A DNA stretch of 64,000 nt, from contig OX597814.1 in the NCBI GenBank assembly GCA_951406725.2, positions 141,422,001-141,486,000 on the forward strand, read 5' to 3'. Positions 1 to 13,156 of the stretch are shown piece by piece (positions within the stretch are counted from its first letter, which is position 1; each line of letters begins with the position of its first letter). Position numbers and translations under genes: made by a program. Source of the DNA: Octopus vulgaris. Lineage: Eukaryota. The notes beneath the pieces were generated by a model. That model saw only the letters and a program-made list of their open reading frames with translations. It had not been told where the DNA came from and did no database searches.

Positions 1-140
1 CTCCAGTCCACTCAGCTGGCAAAAATGAGTAACGCTTCGATGGACTGGCATCCCATCAAGCTGGGGAACACATACGTCATGGAAACCGAGAAACCGAGCC
101 TATGAGCCTGGCTAGGCTTTAAAAAGGGCGCATTTATTTA
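1..140 (+). mobile_element. 3' part of a tRNA-derived SINE (family C), cut by the window edge
   Basis: CTCCAGTCCACTCAGCTG...ATGAG core recurs on the minus strand at about 10200-10235 and 22425-22455; ends in a TTTA run. Confidence 0.65.
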
Positions 141-939
141 TTTTTATAATGTATATAATATAGTGAGCCAAAGAACACACAAACTTTCCCACTGCATGTT
201 TCCTTTCAATTTTTAAGCAGTTTGAGTTTCAGAATTTCGTGGAGTTGCTTTTCTTGACAAAACTTATAATAATTTTCCATTGTATTCCAAATGAATTATA
301 ATCGATTAATATTTTATAGTGTATTGATCACTACTTCACGCATGTCAACTGACACTTAAATAGATATTTCTTCATGCAGAAGTTATCACTGGGCAATTTT
401 CGTCTGCAGTTTTCCAGCCTAATAAACTAACCAATAAATGAACTTTATACATAGCAGTCAGATTATCTAAAATCACATCATACTACTTTAAAAAGGAGGG
501 ACAAGTTGGATGATGCCATAGATACACAAAAAGACTGGAACGGCTTTGATTATAAATCTCCTCAATGAGGATAAACCCAGAACTAGACAACGTCAGTAAC
601 GCTTGGACGTAGGTGTGGCTGTATATGGATAAGAAGTTTATTTCACAAATATATGATTACGGGTTCGATTCCACTACATCGTACCTTGGACAAGGGTCTC
701 CTACCATAGTCCCCAGGTCGATCCAAAGTTAAATTTAGTTGAGAGAAACTGTATGGAATTGGGTTAGAGGGATTGATCCTGTTTTTTGTTAACTTAATAA
801 GCAATCTGCTTTGCCATAATTATCTAACCCGTCCTTGGTTACCTTTAGCGGAGTCCCTGCAGCAAACATTCAGGTTAGGTCTCCGGTCAAAGGATAAATT
901 CCTCTCTTCATTCAACCAGTTTCAGATAATGTGAAGAGA

Positions 940-1165
940 TCATAGATGCTTTCCTTCTTTGTCTTTCCAGTGCTTCTGAAACTTCTTGAAAGGAGAGAGA
1001 GAGGAAAGGCACCCAAGGTGCCATCAGGTGGTGAACTTAAACTGGGCGAGGAATTAAGCCTGCCACCAATGTAGGTCACTGCAGGATTTGAGCTCGCATC
1101 ACAAGCAGTCAAAATAAATACTTGAAGGATTTCCATCCAAAGCTCTAACGATTCAGCGAGTTCAT
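940..1165 (-). mobile_element. Old SINE-like repeat (family D), copy 1
   Basis: Plus-strand block CAAGGTG..TAAACTGGG..GTAGGTCA..GGATTTGAGCTC has counterparts at 4470-4620, 9330-9470 and 23810-23990. Confidence 0.5.
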
Positions 1166-2100
1166 CGGTATAGATTGGTACTTTATATATAGACCCCGGA
1201 AGGATTTTTAAAAATGTTGACATTGGAATGATTCGAACTCAGGACGCAAAGAATTGAAAGAAATACATTCTAACGTCTCTCCTTATTCACTGTCTCATCT
1301 GATTAAGTCATTAAAAAGACGTAGAATTTATTTATCTTGCTGAGATGCTCTACGTTAAAGGGTGAAATAGAATCCAAGTTTTTTTTTCCATCAGACAATT
1401 GTCTGATGACGTATTCATTCCTTCCTTTCAATTCTATTTTCCAGAATAATGTTTCAAAAGAATAAATGAATAAGCGAATAGTCACACAATTTATTGAAAT
1501 AACTGGTTGCTGTAGCAATGACCAGTTTGTATCTATAATGATGTCTTGCAGTCAAGGTTAACTTTAAAATGTTCAATGTAACCTTTACTGTAGTTTAAAT
1601 CATGACGCAATAGGATTTATCGATTTATTAGATTGAAATAAAAATTATAGTAATTGAGTAATTAAATAGATTTTTGTTTTTCCTATCATCATAACTTAAA
1701 AGACTTTTTAAACTAAGGAAATGTCGCAAGCCATCTATGTATTTTATTTTTCTTTTTCTTCTACATCACTCATATATGGATTTTGTCTTTGTAGCAACTA
1801 AGCTACACTTTGTCTGCTGCGTCTGTTTCCATAAATGATAAATTTTCGATAGTGAAAAGAAATTAATATTATATTCATGATGACCATTGTCTAGCAGTCA
1901 GAACTGTGTAAATGTAACAGTTTATCAGTTGAAATTCTTCAAATGTTCAAAATGTATAATATTGATATTATTCTCTATTTTTTTCGCAATGCAGCTACAT
2001 GGTACAGACTTGGTAAATCTGACGGAATATATTAAAATATGGATGCCATATGAATATAAAAATACCGTGATCTTAAAAGAAATACAGATACGTACAAATA

Positions 2101-3370
2101 TATCGGGTCGTCCCATAAATAATGCGGTTTTTTATGCTATTTTTATTTTGTTAAATAAAGATAAAATTCTTTTTTGATCTAAAATATACTCTCCTTCATT
2201 TTCTACAATGCTCTTCCATCTATCTGGTAGACTTGCAAGGCCCCTCTTCCAAAATTTACCTGTCCGTGACGAAAAATACTCCTCAAGTACTGTTCTGACT
2301 TCAGATTTTGAAGACCGCGGAATAAATGATAATTAGATGGTGCAACGTCCGGCGAATATGGTGGGTGGGGCATCGTTTCCCATTCAAACTGCTGCAGGCT
2401 TTGGGATATCATCCTCCCTGTATATGGCCGAACATTATCTTGATGGAAGAACACCTTTCGTCTTGCAATCACAGATGGTCATTTTTCTTTTAACGCTGAC
2501 TTAAGTAGCTCAAGCTACTCCGAATAGATCTCTTTTGTTAGCATTTGGTTTGGGTTTAAAACTTCAAAGTGAACTAAACCTTTCATATCTCAGCAAACAG
2601 ATAACAACACCTTACGTGGGTGAAGACTTTCTTTAACCTGAGGTACCGCTGTTTCCCTTTTCCCTACCCTCTGTCTTCGGCGCTTGACATTTTTATAGAG
2701 GACCCATTTCTCGCCACCAGTCACTATTCGGTCCCCCCCAAAAAAGGTTCGTTCGTACGATGTGACAGCAAAGAAGAGCACACATTCACTCTCTGTGTGC
2801 GATTAGACTCGAAAAGTTTATGAAGAACCCATTGACCCAATTTGCTGACTTTTCCAATGGCACGCAGATGTGATGAATGGTTGAATGACCAAATCCATGC
2901 TTCTGTGCTAGTCCCTCAACAGTTACGATGGGATATTGTTCCACCAGAATTTGCAGGACGTTATCGCCGAGTTCTACAGATCTTCCAGAATGAGGCTCGT
3001 CTTCCAGGCTGTAGTTTCTGGCTCGGAATTTCTGGAACCACTGTTGATGCTGGCTTACGCTTATTGTCCGATCTCCATATACTGCATTAATATTCCTCGC
3101 ACTTTCCGCTGTGTTGTTGCCTTTATTGAACTCATGAAGCAAAATATGCTGAATATGCTCCTTTGCTACTTGCATTATATCTTTGAAAAAATAACTGTTA
3201 AAATCGAACTGCACTCTTCAAGACTTACGCTAAGAATAATGCCAAAGTTAAAATTACTACCTGTTTTTATAGAAAGTTCATGTAGGTAGTTTACCCCGTC
3301 TCCCTCCAACTTTTAGATGATGCAATTGAAAAAAAACTGCATTAGTATTGTTCTTGAAAATCCAAATATA
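2101..3370 (-). mobile_element. Decayed mariner DNA transposon, about 1.27 kb
   Basis: Left end TATCGGGTCGTCCCATAAATAATGCGGTTTTT (2101); degenerate inverted counterpart AAAAACTGCATTAGT...CCAAATA (3331-3368); TA flanks; transposase remnants inside. Confidence 0.85.
2203..3175 (-). pseudogene. Mariner transposase, frameshifted across three ORFs
   Basis: HTH region (LLHEFNKGNNTAESARNINAVYG, SLEDEPHSGR), RIVTGGEKWVLYKN, FHQDNVRPY and HPPYSPDVAPSNYHLF mariner motifs; first and third catalytic Asp positions are mutated. Confidence 0.9.
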
Positions 3371-3384
3371 TACGTATATAATCG

Positions 3385-3720
3385 TTTATCTTTTACGTAT
3401 TTCAGTCATTTGACTGCGGCCATGCTAAGGCACCGCCTTGAAGAATTTTTAGTCGAATGAATCGACCGCGGTACTTATTTTTGTTTTAAGCCTGATACTT
3501 ATTTTATCGTGTATGTTGCCGAACCACTAAGTTACGGGGACGTAAACACACCAACACCGGTTGTCAAGCAGTAGTGGGATACACACACACACACACACAT
3601 ATATATGCGACGGGCTTCTTTCAGTTTCTTTCAGTCTGCGCAAGGTACCACACAGTTGGACTGAACCCGGAACCATGTGGTTGGGAAGCAACTTCCTACC
3701 ACGCAGCCACGCCTACGCCT
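3385..3720 (-). mobile_element. SINE family A (tRNA-like head, central CA/TA tract, LINE-like 3' tail)
   Basis: Reverse complement aligns by eye with the copy at 21505-21898. Confidence 0.85.
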
Positions 3721-4414
3721 ATACATACTTTGTATATGAATGTCTATAATTTTTCACCGAAGGGAAATTCTTTCTAATCTAGACAGAAGGCTTAAAGTTT
3801 GGGAGTGGGAGAGGTTAATCAAGTACACCGACCCTAGTACTTGACTGACTCTTTATGTGAGTGATCCCGGAAGGATAAACGGCAAAGTTGCTCTTAGTGG
3901 AATTGGAACAAGTACCGCAAAACTTTTTTTGCCTGATAACGATTCTGCTTGTTCGCTGTCTTCATATGACCGAAATAAATATTGGATGAAAAATTTATTG
4001 TTACGTAAAACAAGTCACCGAGGAAGTGACACAAACAAGCGCTTCTTCATCTAAGAATGTACTTCCACATTCAGTGTCAGTTTCGCGGAAAGGTAGAGCC
4101 CATAATCCTTTAGAACGGTGATTTTCAACCATTTTTTATTTATAGAATCCTTTGATTACTGTTTTATTCCGGTGGATCTCTATAGCCATTTGATATTTAA
4201 AAACTAGTTTTGTAGATACTTCTTTCAAAATTCCAATTTTGTTTTTCCCACATTATGTAGTATGGAGTATGTAAAACGATAGAGAAAAGAACTGAGCTGT
4301 TTCTTGCAATAAAAACATAAAAAAAAACTATTTTGTGGACACTTAATGTACTACCAGAGATCTCCAATTTACTATTTTACTTTCATGGACTCCCCCCAAA
4401 ATGTTTTATGGACC

Positions 4415-4620
4415 CTCAGGGGTTAGCCTGATTGCTTGCAACAGAGTTAATTCTGCTAAAGAAATTCAGTGTACTTGATGGTGATATTAAACTGGGTGAC
4501 GGATCAAGTCTACTACTCAAGTAGGTAACAGACGTATTTGAACTCGGAATGCAAAGTACAGGAGCAAATGCCTGCAGAGCATCCTGTCTAACGTTCTTAC
4601 AGTTCTGGTAATCCACTGTC
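4415..4620 (-). mobile_element. Old SINE-like repeat (family D), copy 2
   Basis: TAAACTGGGTGACGGA...GTAGGTAAC...ATTTGAACTC shared with the 940 and 23700 copies. Confidence 0.5.
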
Positions 4621-4824
4621 TTAGATTGGTAGTTTTCTTTATCGACTTCGAAAGGATGACAAGCAAAGTTGACCTCGGTAAAATTTGAACGCAGTGAGCT
4701 GAAACAAATACTGCGAAGCATTTTATCCGAAGCTCTAGCAATTACTAATTCGCTGCCTGTTTGTTAAAATCCCCAGTACAACCGGTACTCTAATAATGTA
4801 TGTAGAGCGGCAAGCTGGTATAGG

Positions 4825-5020
4825 GCGGTAAGCTAGTAGAATCGTTAGCACATCAAACAAAATGCTTATCGGCATTTCGTCTGTCAAATTCCGTCGAACT
4901 CGACTTTGCCTTTCATTTTTCGGGATCAATAAAATAAGTGCCAGCTGATCATTGGGGTCGATGTAATCGACTTATCCCTTGTTCCAAAATTGCTGGCCTT
5001 TTATCAAAATTTGAAACCAA
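4825..5020 (+). mobile_element. SINE family B, diverged copy
   Basis: CGTTAGCAC...CGACTTTGCCTTTCAT...GGGGTCGATGTAATCGACTT core. Confidence 0.75.
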
Positions 5021-5879
5021 TGATATGTGTGACTCTTAGTTTTATCCAAAGGTCTAGATCTACTGAGATGAAATATAGCGATTAGTATGTTTTTGTTTTG
5101 ACTGCAGACTATCAAAATGACATAATGATATATATTGAAATTGATCTGTGTGAATGTCACTGTTAGATATAATATCTAGTAACGGAAATCTTTACACCGA
5201 AAGTAGATATAAGTAGAATTCGTATATGTTTATGCTTTATGTAAAAATGAATAGTTACTTCGAAACAAACTGAAGGTTTTATAATTCGACGCCCATACAT
5301 CAAATGTACTTTTGGAACAACACTAATCAAAATTATGAGGTTATTCTTTTGACGATTGATAGAGAAAATCAAAACTTTAATTCATATGGAATCGTATGTT
5401 CAGGCCTAAAACGATACAGCAATGACTATCAGACAAGAAGGTGATAGGATAGATAGATATTAACACAAACAAACATAAGTGTAACGACAAATAAATTGAT
5501 AACTAGACAGGAAGAATAACGGATAGGTAGATAAATAGACAAATACACATATACATACATAACTACATACATACATACATACATACCCCATCATATATAT
5601 TTATATATATACACATCGACGAACAGTTGCTATTATCTTAATTGTAGAGTTATATCTAGTCAGGCGTAGCAATAACCATAAATATAAATGCAGGTATACC
5701 CTTAGGCGCAGACACAGCCATAGGCATAATCGTATAGTCAGGAATTTCGCTTCGATACCAAGTAGTTCTGTGCTGAATCCAACAGTGAAGGACATTAGTC
5801 AACACTTCAGCTACCCACAGTAATTACTAACCGTCTACAAAAAAGTCAGGTGAAACTTACTAAAGAATATCAAACTCAT

Positions 5880-6270
5880 ATCTAGATCGATGCCACTGCT
5901 ACCAGGCACCGATGGCACCCAAACGAAAGGACAGGTTAGTATGAAGACACTCAGTACCACACTCCAGCCTCTGGTTCATGAACGCATTGCCTCTTCTCTC
6001 TGTCTTGTCAGCAGTAGTAACTATAGTGGCCCCTGCTTCGCGGAACTAGTTGGTCTAGTACCATCACCACTTGCGCCGTTCCCATTTACTCATTTCTCTC
6101 TTTCTCTCATAATTCAACCCCTCCCATCCCACTGCGAGAAGCTTTGCGCTAACCACTGTGACCAGTCCTTCTTCGGAATGTCGTTCTTCCGGATTCATAT
6201 TACGTCCGTGTTTTCAACGTAGATGTCGATTTGAAAGTGTGAAAGAGGAGCGTAATGCGTTTCGATTTCA
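5880..6270 (+). mobile_element. Degraded CR1/L2-group LINE 3' fragment
   Basis: Translation LQPLVHERIASSLCL..YSGPCFAELVGLVP..DQSFF resembles the LQPLSHRRxxASL..CSSEL C-terminus of such ORF2s. Confidence 0.6.
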
Positions 6271-6446
6271 CCAGCTTGGGAGGACATTTGAAGGTCATGG
6301 GTACAAGCCCTTTCCCCTGACTTAATCAAACAACAATTTTCCTTTTTTACTGAGGTTTTAGGAAAGGAATTTGATTGATGGAGTCACTGTGCAAGCCAGC
6401 TGTGTGTGTGTGTGCTTATGGATTTGGTGATGACAAGTTTGTGATA

Positions 6447-6522
<76 letters not shown>

Positions 6523-6555
6523 GTGTGTGTGTGTGTGTGTATGTGTGTGTGCGTG
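6447..6555. repeat. (TG)n microsatellite, representative of dozens of TA, TG, TATG, TCTA, GA and AAT tracts in the window
   Basis: Direct reading. Confidence 0.97.
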
Positions 6556-6803
6556 TAGATAAAATACAAACAATTAACTTTCCTTACATATAAACATAAA
6601 CAAGTTAGTGGATGTATTTATCTCAACGTAACATAATCAGCAAAATACAATCAATTTATAAAGAGATACGAATAACATGAATTTACAGATATGAATGTGT
6701 ATACATTAATAGTGACAGATATTCATACAAAACTGATTAAAAGTATACGCATTAAAATACACGCTCACACACGCACACGTGCACACACATATTTGTGTGC
6801 GTT

Positions 6804-6835
<32 letters not shown>

Positions 6836-6992
6836 TGTATGTATGTATGTATATATATATATATAAATTTATATATATATTTAGTTAGATAGATGGATAT
6901 AACTTACTTGGAAAAGGATGCGTGGCGTTCGATCATATAATAATATAAATAATATATAAACATTTGCATATATACATACATATATGTACATA

Positions 6993-7057
<65 letters not shown>

Positions 7058-7062
<5 letters not shown>

Positions 7063-7759
7063 CAGACGGCTAGCTGGATGGATTCTCCGAACTTTCAGAA
7101 CAAGAGAGAAGGAGACACTGATGGTCCTATGGAAAACATTTGTCCTCAGCCGCTTGGACTACTGCTCCCAACTTTGGTCACCACACAATATAAAACAAAC
7201 AGCAGAACTCGAAGCAACTCAGAGAAGCTACACAAAGAAAATCGTCTCAATGCAAAATGTCAGCTACTGGGAAAGACTGAAGGTATTAAACCTCTTCTCC
7301 CTGGAGCGGAGGCGGGAGAGATATGCAGTGATATACATCTGGAAAATCCTGGAGGGTCTTGTCCCAAACTTTGGCATTCAAAGTTACTCCAACCGCAGAA
7401 CAGGGCGCCGCTGCGTGGTGCCAAGGATTCCAACATCACCATCAAAATACAGGTCCAGATACTGCAACAGCTTGGGTTTCAGAGGACCACAGCTCTTTAA
7501 CATCCTCCCTAAATGCCTGAGAGACTCACATGGTGTGGATGTGGGTTTCTTTAAAACTAAACTGGATCTCTTCTTGTTGGGAGTCCCAGATGAACCTACC
7601 TCACGACAGGAGACACGGATGCGGGCAGCAGCATCGAACTCCCTTGTTGATCAAGTGCCACGTATCAGAGGTGGATTCACAAACTAGTGTAGCTCATTCA
7701 GCGGTGGTGCCCCAGCATGGCCGCGGCCTTCGGGCTAAAACATTTTTAAGGATTTAAGG

Positions 7760-7763
<4 letters not shown>
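7058..7763 (+). mobile_element. 5'-truncated CR1/L2-group LINE inserted in (TA)n
   Basis: Open frame KCRRLAGWILRTF..LDYCSQLWSP..SLERRRERY ending at 7687, close relative of the 30038 ORF C-terminus; 3' UTR and a (TTTAAGGA)n tail; (TA)n on both sides. Confidence 0.93.
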
Positions 7764-7798
<35 letters not shown>

Positions 7799-7804
<6 letters not shown>

Positions 7805-8085
7805 TATATCGGTACAGGACATCAGAAAACGTAGACACAATGAGAAAACGAAAACATAAAAAAAAACATAGAAAACGAACCTTGTCCTTACCTTCGAAAC
7901 GCAGAGTAGATGAAATAGGCACAACTTATGAAGGGGAATGTTCTTTATATTGCATGTCTCGTTTCTCTGGGGTTTTTTTCGTTGTTTGAAAAAAAAGGTT
8001 CGTTTTCTATGTTTGTGTTTTTATGTTTTCGTTTTCTCAATGTGTCTACGTTTTTTTATATCCTGTACCCATATATGCATGTATA
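7799..8085. mobile_element. Small TA-flanked element with about 80-bp inverted termini (MITE or Penelope-derived)
   Basis: 7800-7883 is the imperfect reverse complement of 7995-8085; terminal motif ATGCATATATGGGTACAGGAC recurs near 35622-35642 and 49812-49832. Confidence 0.7.
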
Positions 8086-8288
8086 TATACATATATGTAG
8101 GTATTTACATATATGTATGTATATATGCATATATATGTATACATGTATATATATACACACATATTGTACATAAAAATTATTCTATAAAGGGACAATACGA
8201 ATGTAGTATACACATACATACTTACATACAAACATACAGACATGCATATATATATATATATATATACTTACATACAAACATACAGACA

Positions 8289-8341
<53 letters not shown>

Positions 8342-8672
8342 TATTTTATGTATATATATATATATATAATTACACAATACCATTATAGAGTTACTAAAAG
8401 ATTCAGCAAGAATTTGTGTTCACTATGTTTATTTTCCTTCGTTTTACTTTTGTTTTCTGTCACAATTCTTTCCCTGGTTTCTAAATTCTTCAAAGAAGCA
8501 ATCACCAAAATAAAAAAAAGCATAATAAAGCAAAATAAATTTATAGAAAAACCAAAAATGTCGATCACTTGCGGATAACCAGCGTTTTCAAGTCACGAAA
8601 TGATCGATTGAATCCCCCACCGCCATCACCACCACCCAAAAAATCCCGAAGTAATTAACAAACATACAGACA

Positions 8673-8727
<55 letters not shown>

Positions 8728-8929
8728 TTATGTATATATATATATATATAAATTACATAAATACCATTATAGAGACTAAAAGCAACACTTAGAAATAAAG
8801 TAAGATTAATTTTATCTTAGTTTATCGTGTGCACCGACGAAATGCTAAACCAAATTGGAAACCAGTCTTGGCCAAAGACTTTACTGTATCTAATATTCCA
8901 GCTCATTACTATGCTACATAGTCACAAAT

Positions 8930-9251
8930 ATGTGTGAGACTTCTAGCTTCCCTGGACATGGACACATTAAAGCTCAGACGTTTGGCAACTGACTTGACAG
9001 ATATCCACAAGATTATCCACCATCTTTCATACAAAAAGCTTGGGCACGCTTTTGAATTCCATACGACCAACATTCATGGACATGCTTACAAAATCAAAAG
9101 ACAACACAACACCCATGACTTTCGAAACATTATTTTCAAGCTCAGGATTACTGAAGCAGGGAATAAAATACCCACATCATTTGTTAGCTTCCGTGAGACC
9201 GCATCCTTCAAAACTTCCATGCTTCCTGAAATTTGCCAACAGTACACTTGA
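8930..9251 (+). mobile_element. Degraded CR1-type LINE 3' end
   Basis: LKLRRLATDL..HKII..HGHAYKI..FR..RI..NKIP..SFK matches the CR1 ORF2 C-terminal pattern. Confidence 0.8.
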
Positions 9252-10049
9252 TGCACCCTACTCCTATTCTTTGTTTTTAGTTGTAGTGCACCTGAGCACT
9301 ATACAACAAGTTAATTGTATCAAAGTCACCCAAGGTGTCGAGTGATGGTGTTAAAACGTGTGACTGGTTGTCTGCCACCCAAGTAGGTCATGGGGGAATT
9401 TGAACTCAAAACGCAAAGATCTGTAACAAATACAACAAAACATCTAGTACGATGGTCTTCCAGTTTCGCCAGTTTAATTCCCTGGTTTGGCACCTTGCTT
9501 TATCGACCCCTAAAGACTGAAATCAAAAGTTGATCTCAGCGTTATTTGAGCATAGATCACAGAGAGTTGGAACATTTGTTTTTTTTTAATGATCTCGAAA
9601 AAATGATAGGGCAAAGTGGAACCCGTCGGAATTTTAACCCAGAACCTAAACAGAATACATAACTAAATACTCTAAGATTTGTCTGGTGTTCTACAGATTC
9701 CACAGTCGCATCACCTCTTTGTCAGCTCCTTAACACATTGATGCATACTCTCTCTCTTTCTTTCTCTTTTACGCATTCATTCATAAATATACACATAAAT
9801 ACATACATAATACATACATACATATATGCATACATAATACATACATACATACATACATACATACATACATACATACATACATACATACATACATACATAC
9901 ATACGTACGTACGTACGTACGTACGTACAAGCACGGGATGTTCAGAAAGATAAATTGACCAGTTGATTTGTACATTACAAGTGCAATTTGTGAGTGGAAT
10001 AGTAAAAATATGCAAGACTTTTCTTAAGTTCCAAATGTGAATTTGTCTG

Positions 10050-10340
10050 TGTTAACTACATCCCAAATATGGAGTCTTGAATCTTTGTTGGAAACCGGCT
10101 CCCTCCTCAGTGGAAAATATATAATAATTAAAAAATAGAAGAGACATACATACATATATGATGCCGGTTTCCCGTGTTCTGTGGCTTATATATTCCCCCC
10201 TGGGCTCATTTTTACCAGCAGAGTGGACTGGAGCAGCTTGGAATGAAGTGTTTTGCTCAAGAATACAATACACCGCTCAGTCCAGTAATCAAAACTGCAA
10301 TCTTACGATCACGTGTGCAACACCCTAACCGCTAAGTCAC
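10050..10340 (-). mobile_element. tRNA-derived SINE (family C)
   Basis: Head with A/B-box-like motifs near 10285-10340 and the TTGAGCAAAACACTT..GCTCCAGTCCACTC core. Confidence 0.7.
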
Positions 10341-10357
10341 CTGACTACACACACGTA

Positions 10358-10404
<47 letters not shown>

Positions 10405-11470
10405 CGCGCGCGCAGACACGTACACATACCTGTTTATGTACGGATACATAAAGCAACACATGCACACAGATACACAAACACGTGTGTAAAATGGATATGG
10501 TCCTTAATTCCCGCCTAAAGTAATAATTTCAGCACATCATTAATATACAGCACTCGTGTGGAAACCTTTGTAGCAATTAGAAGTCGTGGATAATGGAAGA
10601 AATGATGAATTACGCAGTACCTGAGCCAACTCAGTTTAAGCTCATACACTACGCAGTAATTTGACAAATATGACGCCAACATACCTTCATTAGGAAACAA
10701 ACACAGCTGCAACCACACCTTAAATCCTGTTTTATACACAATAACAAAGGCCGTTGCCAGGAATGCTCTGTACGAAATCTCTGAATAGCTACTAAAGGAT
10801 ATATATTTCGTACCCTCCTAGGAATAACAAACAAGCATTTCTAGATAACATTATTCATTTAAGGATTGATCAATACAAAGGTGTTTCAATGATGGAACGA
10901 TCGCCTGGAAGCTTGCCATTAAAAGTAGATGACTGTTTAGCGAAGTTATAATAAATAGAGCTGAAAATGTCGGTGGTTGTAGATGTCGGTAAAAATAAAT
11001 AAGTGCAGCCGATGGATGTGGATTGCTGTTGTTGTTGTTATTGTTGCTTTTACTATTGTTTAGATCCAGATTAGATCTGATTAAAGAGAAATAAGACAAA
11101 AGACGTTCCAACCATGGGCAACCAAGCAGTCTAGGCATCCAAGGTCCACATCACTGCCTGAGTCCATGTGTCACGTTCTCTCAAATGTTCATACTTTCAT
11201 TCTCTGTCTGACTGTCTGACTGACTCTCTCTCCCTCCCCCCTCTCTCTGTATTTCGCTACCTTTCTCTGTATTTACCTTCGCACACTAATAAAAACGAAA
11301 ACTTATTTTGCATTGATTCAAACAGTTTACATCCATCCATCCATTTATACATACATATATACATACATACATACACACATATGTACATATATGCATACAT
11401 ACACTCATATATAGATACATGCATACACACACACACATACATACACATGTATGTATAAATCTATGTATGA

Positions 11471-11508
<38 letters not shown>

Positions 11509-12311
11509 ATATCTATCTATCTATCAATACATTTATTTTGTGAGTGTTTTAACTTTAAAAGGAAAATTTGTTTACTTTCTTCAGTGTTCCTTCCTTTCAT
11601 GGTGACCTCTGATATTACTTCGTATTCGTACAAGTGTGAACTTGCGTGCAACAAAAATCAACAATTTGTGCTGCCAAAATAGCCGAAGTACAGTCATTAC
11701 ATTTATGAGGATCTCTTTACTTCTTTCCCTAACAGTGGCCAATACTTATCGATGCACACATGTATGGAAGGGTACACAATACTGGACGTCTTCTACTGCC
11801 TCGCTGCAGAGATCTCACAAAATTGATCACCGAAATAACATACATTAAATGACTACAGATACGGCAAATATATGCGTACAATATTTATCCAACCTTCCTG
11901 GGTCTTCATTGTCATCATTACACTTGACTATTAACAGAAATCAGAGGCTACACTCGGAACAGTTAACTTTTGTTGAATCAAATTCGCTACTAAGACAGTG
12001 CTCCCAACAAGAGTGTACATATTACTGACACAAAGGTAATGGTATATCCATTATCACTGGCATGGAGAAGAGTATGGCTGGACTTTATTTCATAGGGAAA
12101 TATTGTATATTTATTTAACCATACACTACACTGAAGCCATATCTACAACAAAAAATCATCAAGATCTGGAGTTTTCAAGTGTAAATGGTTATATAAAGGT
12201 CATTGGAAAGAATGCGATAGTCTTTCAATATTTTGTTGAGTTTTTTTTATTGCAGTGTTACCGTTAGACAAACGAATGATGTAACGACTCAATGTTATTA
12301 AAAAACATAAA

Positions 12312-12393
12312 AGCCAACAATTTGTTTCGACTTATATACATTTTTTTTAATATATAAACAATTCAATTCCCTTATATTGGTCTCATCAGAGCC
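12312..12393 (-). ncRNA. Putative type I hammerhead ribozyme with long stem II insert
   Basis: Minus strand reads GGCU-CUGAUGA-GAC...GUC-GAAAC-AAAUU-GUU-GGCU: canonical core, GAC/GUC stem II base, short stem III, GUU triplet; stem I is weak (two G-U pairs). Confidence 0.6.
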
Positions 12394-13115
12394 AATGGTT
12401 TAAAGATAAACGAAATTCCGTGTGAAAGGATGACTGGATTGTCAAAATCTTAATTAAAATGCCTATGTATTATGAGCGTGAGCGTTAACTATTCAACTAC
12501 ATAGCAATTATAATTAAAAAACAAAAAAATTTTAACAGACAAAATAATTAAGTCTGTAGAATCTGCAACTATTGAAATATATTTCTATATATCTCAAATA
12601 ATATTAATCCAAACTCGTTTATATCGAAGACAATCTTTCTCTTTTATAATGACATACAACAATAATATATATGTATATAATTAAGTATTAGGATCTTATT
12701 CTAGAAACTATAATAAAACGTGTTAAAAAATAAATGATAATTATATAATTAAAATGTTATAACTCTTCTGTTTATTTAAAGTTATTGATATAAAAAAGAT
12801 TGCTTAAAGTGACCAATAAAAATATTCATAGTATATTATGTTATAATTTAAATAAATTATTCCATTGTCAATTGTATCTCTCTATTTAATTTATTGTTTG
12901 TAATTTGCATTATACCCATATTTATGTGGTATCCAACTGACGTATCAGTGAGTTGGAAGTTTTACACACCCCTTTGAAGGAATTCTTTTCCTTAGTTTGT
13001 TACTTCACACACACACACACATATATATATGTATGTAAGTATGTATGTTTGTATGTATGTATGTATGTATGTATGTATGTATGTATGTATGTATGTATGT
13101 ATGTGTGTATGTATG

Positions 13116-13154
<39 letters not shown>

Positions 13155-13156
<2 letters not shown>

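Noticed and set aside
912-1223. Similar peptides in ORFs 912-1223, 4416-4721 and 23701-23925 as a possible small gene family
   Set aside because: The similarity is nucleotide-level from a dispersed SINE-like repeat; starts, lengths and frames are not conserved.
6358-6593. The many ORFs made of YI, CV, HT, MYVC, YLSI, RE or poly-N/I/H/M runs, here and throughout the window
   Set aside because: They are translations of stop-free microsatellites, not genes.
11600-12260. Non-repetitive, coding-like stretch
   Set aside because: No long open frame and no recognisable motif; may be an old element but cannot be called.
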